Notes under the pieces: model-generated
The model's database searches: none
What the model was told of the DNA's origin: nothing
The model's input: the letters and a program-made list of their open reading frames with translations, nothing else
Program-made: the position numbers and the translations under genes
Shown: positions 35,464-35,464 of the stretch, piece by piece
How the letters are laid out: every line of letters begins with the position of its first letter
Position numbering within the stretch: the stretch's first letter is position 1
NCBI RefSeq assembly: GCF_001642725.1
Contig: NZ_LSUQ01000026.1
Location: 1 to 35,464 of the forward strand
Direction: 5' to 3'
Origin: Ferroacidibacillus organovorans
GTDB taxonomy: Bacteria > Bacillota > Bacilli > Alicyclobacillales > SLC66
DNA: 35,464 nt

Positions 35464-35464
35464 G

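Overview
A 35.5-kb chromosomal window from an endospore-forming Bacillota. Sporulation genes yqfC/yqfD, a germinant-receptor operon, SigH/Spo0A-like sites and a type A RNase P RNA suggest a deep-branching Bacilli lineage such as Alicyclobacillaceae (inference). The right half (about 17.9-35.5 kb, minus strand) is the conserved housekeeping block: DUF294-like (partial), DEDDh exonuclease, rpsU, yqeY, yqfC, yqfD, phoH, pgpH, ybeY, dgkA, cdd, era, yqzL, recO, [small divergent ORF], ccpN, yqfL, dnaG, sigA, acyl-CoA dehydrogenase, trmK. The left half carries tRNA-Leu(CAG), acpS, a gerA-B-C(-D?) operon and accessory modules. These modules are: (i) an XRE-PBP regulator, WtpA-type binding protein, permease and cytochrome b-molybdoenzyme fusion with an internal Tat motif; (ii) a coupled DUF309 / Pat-type acyltransferase / sirtuin trio; (iii) a PAS-PAS-GGDEF cyclase and an ASCH protein; (iv) rnpB; (v) an autoregulated three-gene ECF sigma operon. 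No transposase, integrase, prophage or CRISPR array was seen. The best leads are the Mo/W redox module, the DUF309-Pat-sirtuin writer/eraser unit, an apparent ATC start for ccpN, the ECF module, the DUF294/exonuclease pair and a possible frameshift in a small ger-associated gene. None can be proven novel from the sequence alone. Several starts were moved from the ORF track to RBS-supported codons.
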